DNA from: Fibrobacteria bacterium
GTDB taxonomy: Bacteria; Fibrobacterota; Fibrobacteria; UBA11236; JADFYW01
Assembly: GCA_050294405.1 (NCBI GenBank)
Contig: JBNKOC010000011.1
Location: 41,030 to 105,029 of the forward strand
Length of the DNA: 64,000 nt
Reading direction: 5' to 3'
Shown here: positions 18,868-29,030 of the stretch, one piece after another
How the letters are laid out: each line of letters starts with the position of its first letter
How positions within the stretch are numbered: the stretch's first letter is position 1
The notes under the pieces: generated by a model
The model's database searches: none
Seen by the model: only the letters and a program-made list of their open reading frames with translations
What the model was told of the DNA's origin: nothing
Made by a program: the position numbers and the translations under genes

Positions 18868-19396
18868 CCTCCTTTTGGGCGTACCATTTTTTCAATTTAC
18901 GCTGGGCCCGGGAAAGTCTCGAAAGCACCGTTCCCAGGGGTATATTTAAAATTTGAGAAATTTCCTCCATGGAGGACTGGTTAAAATAGCGAAGCACTAA
19001 AATTGATTTGTATTTAAGATCCAATGAGTCCAAAGCCTTTCTTATTTTTTCCATGTCTTCCCAATTCAAATCGGAATCGTTGTTTTGGTTGAGGTCTTTT
19101 TCCTGGTTGCTTCGCTGCTGCATCTTTTTGTAGCGCTTGTTTTTGCGAATTTGGTTTAAGCTCTCATTGATAGCGATTCGGGTGAGATAGGTTTTTAGCG
19201 AGGATTGTCCCTTAAAATTTTGCAATGAATAATAGAATTTGATAAACACAGTTTGCCCCACATCTTCCACTTCGGGGTGGCTGCCCAGCATGCCTCTTAT
19301 GGTCCTTGCCACCGAGGCCTCGTGTTTTTCTACCAAACTCTTAAAAGCCAGGCGGTTACCCGATTTCGCGGACTCAATTAGTTCCAGTTCTTCCAG
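18851..19396 (-). CDS. ECF RNA polymerase sigma factor; start probably CTG at 19396, upstream of the TTG at 19336
   Basis: EDVGQTVFIK, FKGQSSLKTYLTRIAIN (sigma2), EISQILNIPLGTVLSRLSRA (sigma4); frame open upstream as ELELIESAKSGNRLAFKSL. Confidence 0.9.
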   Translation of the reverse strand: MEELELIESAKSGNRLAFKSLVEKHEASVARTIRGMLGSHPEVEDVGQTVFIKFYYSLQNFKGQSSLKTYLTRIAINESLNQIRKNKRYKKMQQRSNQEKDLNQNNDSDLNWEDMEKIRKALDSLDLKYKSILVLRYFNQSSMEEISQILNIPLGTVLSRLSRAQRKLKKWYAQKEVGVYG

Positions 19397-19451
19397 TTGT
19401 TCCGACCTTTTAACAGTCTGTTATAACTAACTTACATTCTTTTCTATTGGC

Positions 19452-19480
19452 TTAGACAACTGCTGGTGGAGAAATATTCC
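19452..19480 (-). promoter_or_regulatory. Autoregulatory ECF sigma promoter
   Basis: GGAATA-N17-GTCTAA upstream of the sigma gene. Confidence 0.75.
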
Positions 19481-19638
19481 CAAATTTTAAAAATTAATTT
19501 TGGTTGGGGATATGGCTGATTAAAATCGCGCCAGTTCTCAATTTATTCCTTGGGTTAGGGGGAGATTTGAGAAAAAATGCTTTGGAAATTTTTAAAACAA
19601 AAATGTATGTTTAAAAGGCAATATCGCGCTGACCCATA

Positions 19639-19998
19639 ATGACTTGTAAATTTATTATAGCCTTCCTGATATTATGTCAGTTGTGCCTGCTTCCAAAAAA
19701 GGTATCAGGAAATGAGGCTATGGTAACGTGGCAAATAGCCGAAACTCATTCTACGCTAAATCCATCTACACTAAAAAAGGCTTCTTACACTGCATTTGGC
19801 TCTATTGCCGGGGGTTGTTTGTTGTTTTTGGCTGGATTTTATGCTGCCTACTACTATTACGATGGGGCTGAAATGCCTTGGCCGCATCTTCCCATAGCTT
19901 TTGGAACCGGAGCTTTAGGATCCATTGGTGGAGGGTATTTGGGGTATAAATTATCTTTTCAGTTTTTGGGAAGCTCTAATTTTCTAACAGGCAGATAA
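19639..19998 (+). CDS. Hypothetical membrane protein with Gly-rich helices
   Basis: Signal-like N-terminus and two Gly-rich hydrophobic segments. Confidence 0.5.
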   Translation: MTCKFIIAFLILCQLCLLPKKVSGNEAMVTWQIAETHSTLNPSTLKKASYTAFGSIAGGCLLFLAGFYAAYYYYDGAEMPWPHLPIAFGTGALGSIGGGYLGYKLSFQFLGSSNFLTGR

Positions 19999-20045
19999 AA
20001 AACGGGGCTTGGTTTTTAGGCCCTAACATAACCTGGCAACAAAAA

Positions 20046-20858
20046 CTATTCTGCAAGTCGCTCTATATACATGCCCTGGGGAAGTTTAGATGTAGCCGAG
20101 GGTGCTAGTTGCTTTCCATTTATAGAATAGGCTTGGCTTTGGGAATTAAAAGAGCTGTTAATATGGTGAAGGAGCAGATTCCAGCCTTCTTTTTTCTTCA
20201 TGGCAGCTTGCTTTTTATTATCAATACTTAGCGGGCTGTGGGCTATATTGAAAAACTCTTCAGAACTAACGGTAAATGGAGGGTAGGAACTGTGGGTAAT
20301 TCCTTCGGAACCGATACGGATTCCGCCAGCCTCGGAACAAGCTTGGGCGGGGTAAATGCTGAGTTCTTCCAACTCATCTAAGCCGTTTGAAAAATTAAGG
20401 AATTCCCAGCCGTCAATACTACTGTATCCGTAGTCGCAGCTATTTTCGAAATCATAAAATTTTCCCAAGGATATATATTGGCCCTCTTCTAAATCTCCTT
20501 TTAAAACTTTGTCCACGCGAATAAATACACTATCGTAAACGGTGGCGTAAAAGCCGCCATTTGGATTAGGTCTATTGTTGTCGAGAAAATACCCTCTTTC
20601 CGTACCAATTACCGTGCCCTGGAAAACTTCGGCGGAAGAACTATATAAGTTTTCCAAATCTTCCAGGAGTTTAGTCTTATGCAGAGTATCAATTTGAACG
20701 AGGAGGTTCATTCCTTCGGGCCAGGAAATATTTCTTTCTACCACTCCTGGCTCTAATATGGTATAACTAGTGTCTGGGAAGGGCATACAGCTACAGGCAA
20801 AGGCTGATGTCATAAGCAAAAATTGAGAAGCTAAAGTAATCCACAATGCCTTAACCAT
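20046..20858 (-). CDS. Secreted protein with N-terminal CSC (TIMP/NTR-like) motif and C-terminal sorting tail
   Basis: AFA|CSCMP after the signal peptide, VFQGTV, SCDY; tail YSINGKQ..LPQGMYI. Confidence 0.7.
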   Translation of the reverse strand: MVKALWITLASQFLLMTSAFACSCMPFPDTSYTILEPGVVERNISWPEGMNLLVQIDTLHKTKLLEDLENLYSSSAEVFQGTVIGTERGYFLDNNRPNPNGGFYATVYDSVFIRVDKVLKGDLEEGQYISLGKFYDFENSCDYGYSSIDGWEFLNFSNGLDELEELSIYPAQACSEAGGIRIGSEGITHSSYPPFTVSSEEFFNIAHSPLSIDNKKQAAMKKKEGWNLLLHHINSSFNSQSQAYSINGKQLAPSATSKLPQGMYIERLAE

Positions 20859-21111
20859 AATGCCCCCCTAAAATTAAAGTCAGCAATGTTGTAATACGGT
20901 TCTCTTTTAATTTAATCCAGGGAAGCGGCTAAAAGCATTCTACAATTTAAATTCTGTATTCTGCTGTTCTCTAAATGTGCATTGGGTTGCCATGTTTAAT
21001 TTCACCTTAGGTGATGTGACATAACAGATGAGGTTAAGAACTAAGCTAAAACCAGTGGAAGATTTTAGGACCAGCTTTTTGGAAATTGAATTGCCTGGAA
21101 GAGGAAGGAAA

Positions 21112-21429
21112 CTAGACTGAGGGGTTGCCTTCGGCGGCGTTTTCTTCGCTATTGATATGGGCTTTTAATTCTTTGCTAGCTTCAAAAACAGGCTTCAAAC
21201 CGGCCTCTACCTGTACCAAATCACCAGTTCTGGGATTGCGGGCAATACGGGCTTTCTTCGCTTTCACTTTAAAACGGCCAAAACCTCTTATCTCTATATT
21301 TCTACCTGACTTAAGAGAATCAGCTATAGCGTCTAAAAAGCTCTCAACTACAATTTTAGTGTCCACCTGAGTGATGCCTGTTTGGCTGGCGATCACTTCC
21401 ACCAGTTCTTTTTTTGTTACGTTGGCCAT
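21112..21429 (-). CDS. HU/IHF family DNA-binding protein
   Basis: TKKELV, IEIRGFGRF, ARNPRTG, PVFEASKELK. Confidence 0.95.
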   Translation of the reverse strand: MANVTKKELVEVIASQTGITQVDTKIVVESFLDAIADSLKSGRNIEIRGFGRFKVKAKKARIARNPRTGDLVQVEAGLKPVFEASKELKAHINSEENAAEGNPSV

Positions 21430-21548
21430 AATATTTTAAGCTTACTGGGTTTTTGAAAAAAATCCACAGAAATTCGATAAAAAATGAAGGAAAATTGTTG
21501 TAAGTCTTTAATAATAAATAGCTAGTATACTTTATTAAAACTTTTTTT

Positions 21549-22817
21549 TCAAGAAGTCCCGCTTAATTGCCGTAATTTATGAATTACGAGCTTGTGGGTG
21601 GGGTCTATTTGGAAGGCTCTTTGTAAGTATTCCTGGGCGCTGGACTTGTCGGAAAGATGTTCGTAGGCTGCGGCAATTTGAAGTAAGGTCTTTAAATCTT
21701 CAGGGTCCAAATCCAGCACAATATTAAAGTGAGGGATAGCTTCCTTAAACTGGTTGTTTCCGTTGAGAAGCACGCCCACTCTGAAATTAGCCATTCGGTG
21801 CTGCGGATAAAATTCCAGGGCACTCTGATAACTTTCAAAAGCCTCGCGGCGATTCTCTTTTTGTTTGGTATTGTTCTTTGAATTGTAGGAACGGGCCAAA
21901 AGCAATTCCCCTAAATTGTACCAGGTGTTAAAATCCTGGGGATTGAGATGCAAGGCCATGCGGTATTCTTTTTCGGCAAGCTTATCTTCATTTAAGTAAT
22001 AATGCACCATGCCCATTTGGCCCCTTAGTTTTCCGTTGGCAGGATCTTCCTGGATGGCTTTTTTGAAAACGGATTTGGCATCGGCGTAGTTTCCTTCCAA
22101 TTTGTGTTTGCGCCCCATCTGGTATAGAGCTGGCACATATTTTGGATTTTTATTAAGAGCTTTTTTCAAATAGCGGGCGTTACCTGCCTGGCCTTGCCTG
22201 GACTCAATTTCCATCATACCCAGAGTGGTTAGAAGTTTAAGGTCATTGGGGTGCTGTTTTAAAAATTGTTCGCCAAGAGCCAAGGCGTTGTTCACCTGCC
22301 CCAGGCGATACATGGAATGAAGTTCAATGTCTTTTAAGTCCACAGATTCAGGATTTTCTTTAAGGGCTTCTCTGGCTTTTTCCAGGGAGCTTTCGTATTT
22401 GCCTAAGGCTAAGCTTATTTCGGCGGATTTTTGGGCAAACTCGGGATCGTTTTTGAAATATTTTTCAATTTGTTTTAAATGGGCGGAGCTACGGCTGTAG
22501 CTTCCTTTTTTTAAATACAATTCCATCAACTCCCTATGAGCATATAAATCCTCTGTAGGCGGGTAATTATCTCCTTCCCGGAACTGCGGGGAAAAATCAG
22601 ATGAGGTCTCTCCGGCCTCAGTTTCTTCCAGTACTTGCGGGTCCATCTCCGCCATGATGTTATTCATCTCAGGTTCGGAGGGCACAGGGGGCGCCATTTT
22701 TAAGGTAAGCCAAAATAAGCCCACCATTAAGAGCCATACGGCAACAGCTCCCGAGCCCACAATAATGAGGGTTCGTTTTTCAACCTGAGACCAGAGGTTT
22801 TTTACTTTTTCCATCAT
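21549..22817 (-). CDS. Membrane-anchored TPR repeat protein
   Basis: N-terminal TM; multiple TPRs (ALHLNP..TWYNLG, AFQIDP). Confidence 0.88.
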   Translation of the reverse strand: MMEKVKNLWSQVEKRTLIIVGSGAVAVWLLMVGLFWLTLKMAPPVPSEPEMNNIMAEMDPQVLEETEAGETSSDFSPQFREGDNYPPTEDLYAHRELMELYLKKGSYSRSSAHLKQIEKYFKNDPEFAQKSAEISLALGKYESSLEKAREALKENPESVDLKDIELHSMYRLGQVNNALALGEQFLKQHPNDLKLLTTLGMMEIESRQGQAGNARYLKKALNKNPKYVPALYQMGRKHKLEGNYADAKSVFKKAIQEDPANGKLRGQMGMVHYYLNEDKLAEKEYRMALHLNPQDFNTWYNLGELLLARSYNSKNNTKQKENRREAFESYQSALEFYPQHRMANFRVGVLLNGNNQFKEAIPHFNIVLDLDPEDLKTLLQIAAAYEHLSDKSSAQEYLQRAFQIDPTHKLVIHKLRQLSGTS

Positions 22818-23057
22818 ATTTGGGAGTCCGATTTCTGTTTTTATTATCGGATAAATCCGGCGAGTTGTAAATGAGAATCAGCGGGAAAATTAAAGTGTAC
22901 CCCTTTGAATTGGGGCTAGAACCCGGGTATTTGCGATTTTACTTTTTACGCACTATAATTTTTAAGCTTTGGTTCATCCCCTGCACAAATTCACCCGCCC
23001 CATATCTGGTGGATCTAAAATTAAGTGAATGTCATAAAACTAAGTTAAATAAATATC

Positions 23058-23417
23058 TTATGACGTTATAATATGAAGGAATTTATCTATGTCAAAAGGC
23101 TTGAGCAGGACGTGTAGCCTGTTATTTAAGTTTTGGCGTATGGGGATATTTTCTAGATATTCGCCCGTCATTAAGATGAAACAATTTATGTCAGAATTGT
23201 TCTCTAACTCATAATAAAGATCTAGACCAAAACCGTCGGGCAATTGGTAATCCACCACTAAAACTTCAAATTTTTCTTTTTGTAAATAGTTTTTGGCATC
23301 GGTTAAACTTGCCCCCAGCTGAACCTGGTAACCAATACTCTCGCAAAATATACCTATGGATTTTCGGATCCCCGGTTCATCATCAATGATTAAAATTTTT
23401 TTTAAGGATTGGGTCAT
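23058..23417 (-). CDS. Single-domain response regulator receiver protein
   Basis: LIIDDE, VVDYQLPDGFG, MTG, KPF. Confidence 0.85.
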   Translation of the reverse strand: MTQSLKKILIIDDEPGIRKSIGIFCESIGYQVQLGASLTDAKNYLQKEKFEVLVVDYQLPDGFGLDLYYELENNSDINCFILMTGEYLENIPIRQNLNNRLHVLLKPFDIDKFLHIITS

Positions 23418-23561
23418 TTTAAGGGCTGGAAGTAAAAATGTGGAAAGCGGAAGCCCATTAGCAATATACATAATTCGGTGGAGGGCAAATTATCAGAATA
23501 AGAATTCAAACATATTATGGGTGATGGTGCTTTAACTGCAGTGATTGTTTAAGTTAAGAAA

Positions 23562-23640
23562 GACCCAAGGTTTCAAGCTTTGCCAAAGTTTAAAAACGGC
23601 AAGCTAAGCAGGCTTTTGCCCTGGCTTGAAACTTAGGGTC
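23562..23640. repeat. Long hairpin at the 3' end of the biosynthetic operon
   Basis: GACCCAAGGTTTCAAGC ... GCTTGAAACTTAGGGTC (15/17 complementary). Confidence 0.6.
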
Positions 23641-23667
23641 GAGATGGTTTTTAGGCCATGGAGGGTT

Positions 23668-24345
23668 TTAGCTGCCCTGTTTTAAATCTCGCAACAGCTC
23701 TTTGGCTCCTGTGGCGGATTCGCCTTTTTCTTCAAAATCCAGTGCACGGTTGGCGTATTTTTCGGCCAGTTGGTTGTTGTTCTGCGCCTTTTCAACTTTG
23801 GCCACAGCTACAAAAATGGCTGCCTTGGCGCTGTTGGGGTAGGCGCCTTCATCCTTTGAAATTTCGGCTAAAAGCTGATCGCCCAATTTTTTGGCATTTT
23901 CCAGAGAACCGTTTCGCTTTACTTCTGCCCCCGTGTTAACGCTGATAAGTTTTACCGTGATGTTATTGGGTTCCATTTTTAAGGCTTTATCAATTTGCGC
24001 TAAACCTTTTTTTAATGTGCCTAATTTTCGAATTCCCATTAACCAGGGAAACATCTTTCCCGCCTTTTTGGTGTTGTTGGCTCCCAGCCAGGCTAAGGCT
24101 TCGGCGTTTTTAGGATCCGTGGAAACAGCCAACTCTAAAATATCTTGCGCCTCTTTAATTCGGTTGTGCATAAAATACAATCTGCCCAAAGCGGTTCTGG
24201 CGTCGTTGTCACCCTCAGCAATTTGTTCTTTAAGCTCTGCTTCGTATGACATATTTTCTTTTGAAAACTCAATTCTATCCAAGGAATCTCCATAACTAAC
24301 ATAGAGCAGACCCAATATTAAAAATTTAATTAAATGCATTTTCAT
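23668..24345 (-). CDS. Secreted TPR-like protein (BGC)
   Basis: Signal peptide; ALGRLY..EA..LE.AV..DP.NAEALAWLG. Confidence 0.8.
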   Translation of the reverse strand: MKMHLIKFLILGLLYVSYGDSLDRIEFSKENMSYEAELKEQIAEGDNDARTALGRLYFMHNRIKEAQDILELAVSTDPKNAEALAWLGANNTKKAGKMFPWLMGIRKLGTLKKGLAQIDKALKMEPNNITVKLISVNTGAEVKRNGSLENAKKLGDQLLAEISKDEGAYPNSAKAAIFVAVAKVEKAQNNNQLAEKYANRALDFEEKGESATGAKELLRDLKQGS

Positions 24346-24358
24346 TTTCTTCTCCTTT

Positions 24359-25636
24359 TTAAAGAAAAATTTGTAGGCTAAGGTTTATTTGATGTTCAAA
24401 TGGAATCAATCCGGATTCCCCAAGGGAATCCATGTTGTAATATTCAAATGAAGCTTTTAAATTTGCAGCCTGATGAAAAGGAACATTTATGTATGTACCC
24501 AACAAAAAGTCCCCCCATTCTTCTAAGGCAAATCGGGCTGTAACATTTAAGTCAAAATTTTTAAATAAGTTTGGTTGGGCTAAGCGAAATGAAAAATAAT
24601 GCTGACGTAAAAACCCAGGAAGATAATTTGCTGTTCTTAAAAAACCAATGTGAGCCTCTCCAGCTATTGGGTCCTGGCTATTTTTATGGCTGGATTTGGC
24701 AGCCGCAAATAGTCGATTCATTTCGGAAGTGCTAAATCCTAGTTGGTTATAATAATACTCCAATAGCAAATTGGTTTGAGCACCAAGCGTATATTGTGAA
24801 CCTAATAAAAACTGTAAAACATGTTGCTTGTTGCTATCGCTTAACTGATAAATATTGTATGGCTCTGGAGCGTTATTGGATGTTATGCTTATTTTTTCCT
24901 TTTGGTAATAATAGGCGGCTTCCCCGTGCACTTCCATCCGTTTGCTAAGAGTGGAGGAAAGTGTGGAAGCTAAAAACGATTCATTGTTAATTAATCCAAA
25001 TATCCCTGTTATTTCGGCGCTACTGAAAAAATAAGTTTGGCGGCTGATAAATTGATGATTCTTTACAGTCTTTCTAAGAGCTAATTCCTCCTTATCCTCC
25101 CAGTACCAAAAGTAAGAATGGCTGTAGTTCTCAAATGAGTTCTCGAATCCCGCATTCCAATAGGGTTTAATTCTATAGCTAAAGGCCCTATCGCTGTTAT
25201 TTTGTTCTCTGTCAGCAAGGGGGTTTGATGGGTTCCAAAAATACCCGGAACCCCATTGAGGCCTTTTAAGCCCCCCGTACAATCCCATTGAAGATAGGGG
25301 ATGGGTTTCTACCATTGCCTCGGACCAACGGTAATTTTTTAAGCTGTAATCAGAAAAATTACTGGTTGAATATAGCCATAAATTGGCGGAAACAAAAAAC
25401 TTCCAGATATCAAAAGACGGCCTTAATTGGATACTTGCTGTTGAGTAATGGGAATCAATATTTACATATTTTTCATTCGGGTTTATAAGGGATTTGTCAT
25501 TGGGTTGTGAAAGCATATATCTGGATTCAATTAACATAGGCATATCCACAGATACAATCTCATAACCAAGAGTGAATTGAACGGACAGGTAGACGAAAAA
25601 AACTCTTATTAAATGTTTGAATAAAAAAAGCATCAT
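24359..25636 (-). CDS. Putative outer-membrane beta-barrel protein (BGC export)
   Basis: Signal peptide; WGSGYFWNP motif; aromatic-rich strands; C-terminal LSLQIFL; follows the LolA-like gene. Confidence 0.7.
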   Translation of the reverse strand: MMLFLFKHLIRVFFVYLSVQFTLGYEIVSVDMPMLIESRYMLSQPNDKSLINPNEKYVNIDSHYSTASIQLRPSFDIWKFFVSANLWLYSTSNFSDYSLKNYRWSEAMVETHPLSSMGLYGGLKRPQWGSGYFWNPSNPLADREQNNSDRAFSYRIKPYWNAGFENSFENYSHSYFWYWEDKEELALRKTVKNHQFISRQTYFFSSAEITGIFGLINNESFLASTLSSTLSKRMEVHGEAAYYYQKEKISITSNNAPEPYNIYQLSDSNKQHVLQFLLGSQYTLGAQTNLLLEYYYNQLGFSTSEMNRLFAAAKSSHKNSQDPIAGEAHIGFLRTANYLPGFLRQHYFSFRLAQPNLFKNFDLNVTARFALEEWGDFLLGTYINVPFHQAANLKASFEYYNMDSLGESGLIPFEHQINLSLQIFL

Positions 25637-26400
25637 TTAAATCTTTTTAAGTAATTGGGTTGGAAGTGATTTGCAGGGATATCTTCTACCTTAAATCCGC
25701 TAAAAGAAATAATGGTTTTTTTATCGCTATTTTCCGAGTTTGCAATTTCCACAGCGCTTAATTGCAATTTACCATTTAAACTATTCAGCTTTTCATAGGA
25801 TTTGTAATGGGCTATTTTTAATTTTTTTCCCGAGGGTGCAAAAAATACGGCCTTAATCGGTTTAGAATTGTCTTTGCGAACATAGTAATGCAACTTTTTG
25901 TAGGCGGCAAAACTTTTGTCTTTGGCAATTAGCTCCAAAACATGGCAATCTGTTCCTTCTAGGTTATCTTCTTTTAAGTATGTCGCATTATAATCTCCAG
26001 AAAAATCAGTGTTGGCCACATCACCGTTAGAAGCTTCTCCCACAAGCCGTTGTTGAGGCGTAATTCTCAAGGGCTTACTGGTCCTGGGCGTGTGAAACCA
26101 CATGTTTTTTTCATTCATTAATATGGCCTTGTTTTTATCGCGTGCTGGGGAACTATATACCAAAAGGAGTTTATGAGAATTCAATTGTTGAGCCTCAAGT
26201 ACATATTCATTTTTTATTTTTTCGCCATCCATGTTCTTAATTTTTACCTGGTAGCTAAAGGGCTTGCCCCGAAAATTCCTATAAGTTTCGGCTTCTTTTA
26301 AAATAGCGGTCGCGTCCAAAGCGCTGGCCGCGCCAAAGTTGGTTAAAAGTAAGAATTGAATAAAACAGATTTTAATTATATCCATCATGGTGTTTTTCAA
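25633..26400 (-). CDS. Outer membrane lipoprotein-sorting (LolA-like) protein
   Basis: SPARDK..LM..NMW, PLRITPQQRLVGEASNGD, SGKKLK. Confidence 0.85.
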   Translation of the reverse strand: MKNTMMDIIKICFIQFLLLTNFGAASALDATAILKEAETYRNFRGKPFSYQVKIKNMDGEKIKNEYVLEAQQLNSHKLLLVYSSPARDKNKAILMNEKNMWFHTPRTSKPLRITPQQRLVGEASNGDVANTDFSGDYNATYLKEDNLEGTDCHVLELIAKDKSFAAYKKLHYYVRKDNSKPIKAVFFAPSGKKLKIAHYKSYEKLNSLNGKLQLSAVEIANSENSDKKTIISFSGFKVEDIPANHFQPNYLKRFK

Positions 26401-26414
26401 AATACTCCTCCTAT

Positions 26415-27641
26415 TTAAACATGCCTTAAGGCATCCACAATTTCTTTTTTCGATGCTTTTCTGCTGGGGAAATAGCTGGATATAAAAGAAACAGCTAAAA
26501 TCATTAAGCCACTAGTAAAGCATATGTATGGAACAAATACAATTCGAAGAGGGTATCCTTTGGAAGAACCGGGGGGAGGGGGCATCATTATTTCCATGCC
26601 ATTTACAATAGAGGAAATAAGGTAAGCCAACCCAACTCCTAATAAACATCCCAGGAGACCTACAAGCAGTCCTTCAATTATAAATAGCCAAACAATATTT
26701 TTTTGTCTGGTGCCAAGAGCCCTTAATACGCCTATTTCGGTAATTCTATCCATCACGGACATCATCATGGTATTGGTTACGCCAAACAAAATTACAATGA
26801 CAACAATTATGTTTATCACAATAAAAAAACTATCATATAGGCTAACTACTTTATGGTAAAAAGTGGCTAGCTGATCCCAGGTTTTTGTTTCAATTTGTAT
26901 TCCTTTGGCTTTAGCTTCTTCCGACAAAAAGCCCAGAAAACCGCCCACATTTTTAGTTTCGTCGAGTAATATGGCAACATGATCAATAGATTGGGAATTC
27001 AGCAAAATATTGGCATATTCTAACGTCATAAACATGGCCCTATCATCATATTCCTTTGCAAAAGAGCGAAATATTCCCGAGACCTCAACATCCACTCCAT
27101 TCATCATTCCATCGGATGTGGTCGCCATAATGGAAAGACGGCTTCCCGGTTTGGCATTCAGAGCTTGGGCCAAGCCTTCTCCTAACATCACTCTGTCGGG
27201 CTCGTCTTCGCTTAAATCTGTTCCGTCAATAATAGTCAGAGAAGAGTTTATTAAATTTTCAGCATCCGGGTCGACTCCCCGAATAATGGCTGCCTGGCTG
27301 ATTTGATCATTTCCCACAAGTCCTGTTATTTCAACTCTTCTGCTATATAAATCCACATGAGGAGCGAATTCCAATATTTCCAATATTTCAGATGTATTGT
27401 CTTTATTAATCCTGTATTTATCTGGTTCCTGCCTATGGTTTTCGTTATATCCTTTTTTGTATATCTGCAAATGTCCATATTGCCCTCTGATTACAGACTC
27501 TCGCAACCCGATGTAATTTGCTTCGAAAAAGCCTCCGCTAAGAACAATGCTGCAAACGCCTGTGATTATAGTAAGGAAAGTGACAATGCTTCGGCGTTTA
27601 TGCCTTAGAATATTTCTCCATGCAATTTTTATGGCTTTCAT
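26415..27641 (-). CDS. ABC transporter permease, LolC/E-FtsX-MacB family
   Basis: AWRNILRHKRRS, NTMMMSVMDRITEIGVLRALG, PSRKAS..IVDALR. Confidence 0.92.
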   Translation of the reverse strand: MKAIKIAWRNILRHKRRSIVTFLTIITGVCSIVLSGGFFEANYIGLRESVIRGQYGHLQIYKKGYNENHRQEPDKYRINKDNTSEILEILEFAPHVDLYSRRVEITGLVGNDQISQAAIIRGVDPDAENLINSSLTIIDGTDLSEDEPDRVMLGEGLAQALNAKPGSRLSIMATTSDGMMNGVDVEVSGIFRSFAKEYDDRAMFMTLEYANILLNSQSIDHVAILLDETKNVGGFLGFLSEEAKAKGIQIETKTWDQLATFYHKVVSLYDSFFIVINIIVVIVILFGVTNTMMMSVMDRITEIGVLRALGTRQKNIVWLFIIEGLLVGLLGCLLGVGLAYLISSIVNGMEIMMPPPPGSSKGYPLRIVFVPYICFTSGLMILAVSFISSYFPSRKASKKEIVDALRHV

Positions 27642-28330
27642 GCAAATACCTCCACTTTTTCCATTTGAGATACTTTTCCATCTGTTAAGAAAATGGTGCG
27701 GGTGCCGCTATTTAACAGTTGTTCATTATGAGTGCAAATAATTAAGGTTGTTCCTTTTTTCTCTGTTAAAGAAAACATTAGTTCTGTAATTCTGGACCCT
27801 GTGGTGGAATCAAGATTAGCAGTGGGCTCGTCCGCGATTAATAATTTGCCTTCTGTAACCATGGCTCTGGCAATAGCTACTCTTTGCCTTTGTCCGCCAC
27901 TTAATTCATTGGGGTAGTGCTTAGCGTATTCTTCAAGGCCAACTTCTTTTAGAATGGACATTACCCTGTCCCTTCGGTTCTGTTTTTTGCATAAAAGCAG
28001 GGGATACTCCACATTTTCATAGGCATTCAGCACCGGCACTAAATTGAAATTTTGAAATACAAAGCCAATGTTATTTGCCCTAAAATCCGAAAGCTGGTTG
28101 TCGTCAGATGTGAAAATATTTTTATTAAACATTGTTACCATTCCGCTTGTCGGTCTGTCCAAACATCCCAAAATATGTAGTAAGGTGGATTTTCCGCTTC
28201 CAGAGGGGCCTCCTAGCATTAATTGCTCTCCTTCTTTAACTTTTAGGCTAACATTCCTAAGCGCTTCCACTTTGGTTTTGCCTAACATATATGTTTTGAC
28301 CAGATTGTTGGCCTCAATTAAATAATTCAT
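27638..28330 (-). CDS. ABC transporter ATP-binding protein, LolD-like
   Basis: GPSGSGKST, LSGGQRQRVAIARA, ADEPTANLD. Confidence 0.95.
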   Translation of the reverse strand: MNYLIEANNLVKTYMLGKTKVEALRNVSLKVKEGEQLMLGGPSGSGKSTLLHILGCLDRPTSGMVTMFNKNIFTSDDNQLSDFRANNIGFVFQNFNLVPVLNAYENVEYPLLLCKKQNRRDRVMSILKEVGLEEYAKHYPNELSGGQRQRVAIARAMVTEGKLLIADEPTANLDSTTGSRITELMFSLTEKKGTTLIICTHNEQLLNSGTRTIFLTDGKVSQMEKVEVFA

Positions 28331-28352
28331 GTAACCCTCTGCTATATAAAAT

Positions 28353-29030
28353 TCACATAAATGCGCCGCTATCTACTCTTAGCAATTCGCCATTTATATA
28401 TGATTCTTTTCTCAAAAACAATTCCGCCGCATTGGCAATATTTTGAATTGTGCCTATTCCATTAATATTAAAATGTTTAAGGATATTAACCTGATTGTCG
28501 CTTAGTTTCATATTACGGACTCCCTCTATTAATCCATAACAAATCATATTAACTTGTATGTTATATGCGCTTAATTCTTTGGCCAAACTTTTTACAAAAC
28601 CTTTAACAGCCCCGGAAAAAAGGCTGTTGGGAAGATTTTGATACCTTCCGGGCACTCCAACGATGTCGCAAACGGCCAAAATATTTCCCTTGGATTTGTT
28701 TTTAACCAATGTTTTGGCGAATAATTGGACTGATGCTAAAAAGGCGGTTAATTGATAGTTAACAGGCCCAAATAGGTCGTTTTCAACGTCAATGTTATTT
28801 GATTGTTCTGAAAAGATTTTATCCATAAAAACCAGGCAATCAGGAATTGCTAATTCATTTTTCGCATTTTGAAATTCCACAGACATCCATTTGCTTATTG
28901 TCCCGGATAATTGATTTTTCTGAGGCAAATCGCTAAAATAAACTGAGTGTCCCTGATTTATTAATTCCTTGCATAAACTTTCTCCATAAGGCGTACCGCC
29001 AATGGCCCATATGTTATTTTTTAGCTCCAA
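28353..29030 (-). CDS. Degenerate SDR-fold protein, probably non-catalytic
   Basis: KSLAKEL..IQVN..G and YINGELLRVDSG are SDR-like; the YxxxK position reads NSLFS and the Gly motif is GGTPYG. Confidence 0.7.
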   Translation of the reverse strand: MELKNNIWAIGGTPYGESLCKELINQGHSVYFSDLPQKNQLSGTISKWMSVEFQNAKNELAIPDCLVFMDKIFSEQSNNIDVENDLFGPVNYQLTAFLASVQLFAKTLVKNKSKGNILAVCDIVGVPGRYQNLPNSLFSGAVKGFVKSLAKELSAYNIQVNMICYGLIEGVRNMKLSDNQVNILKHFNINGIGTIQNIANAAELFLRKESYINGELLRVDSGAFM

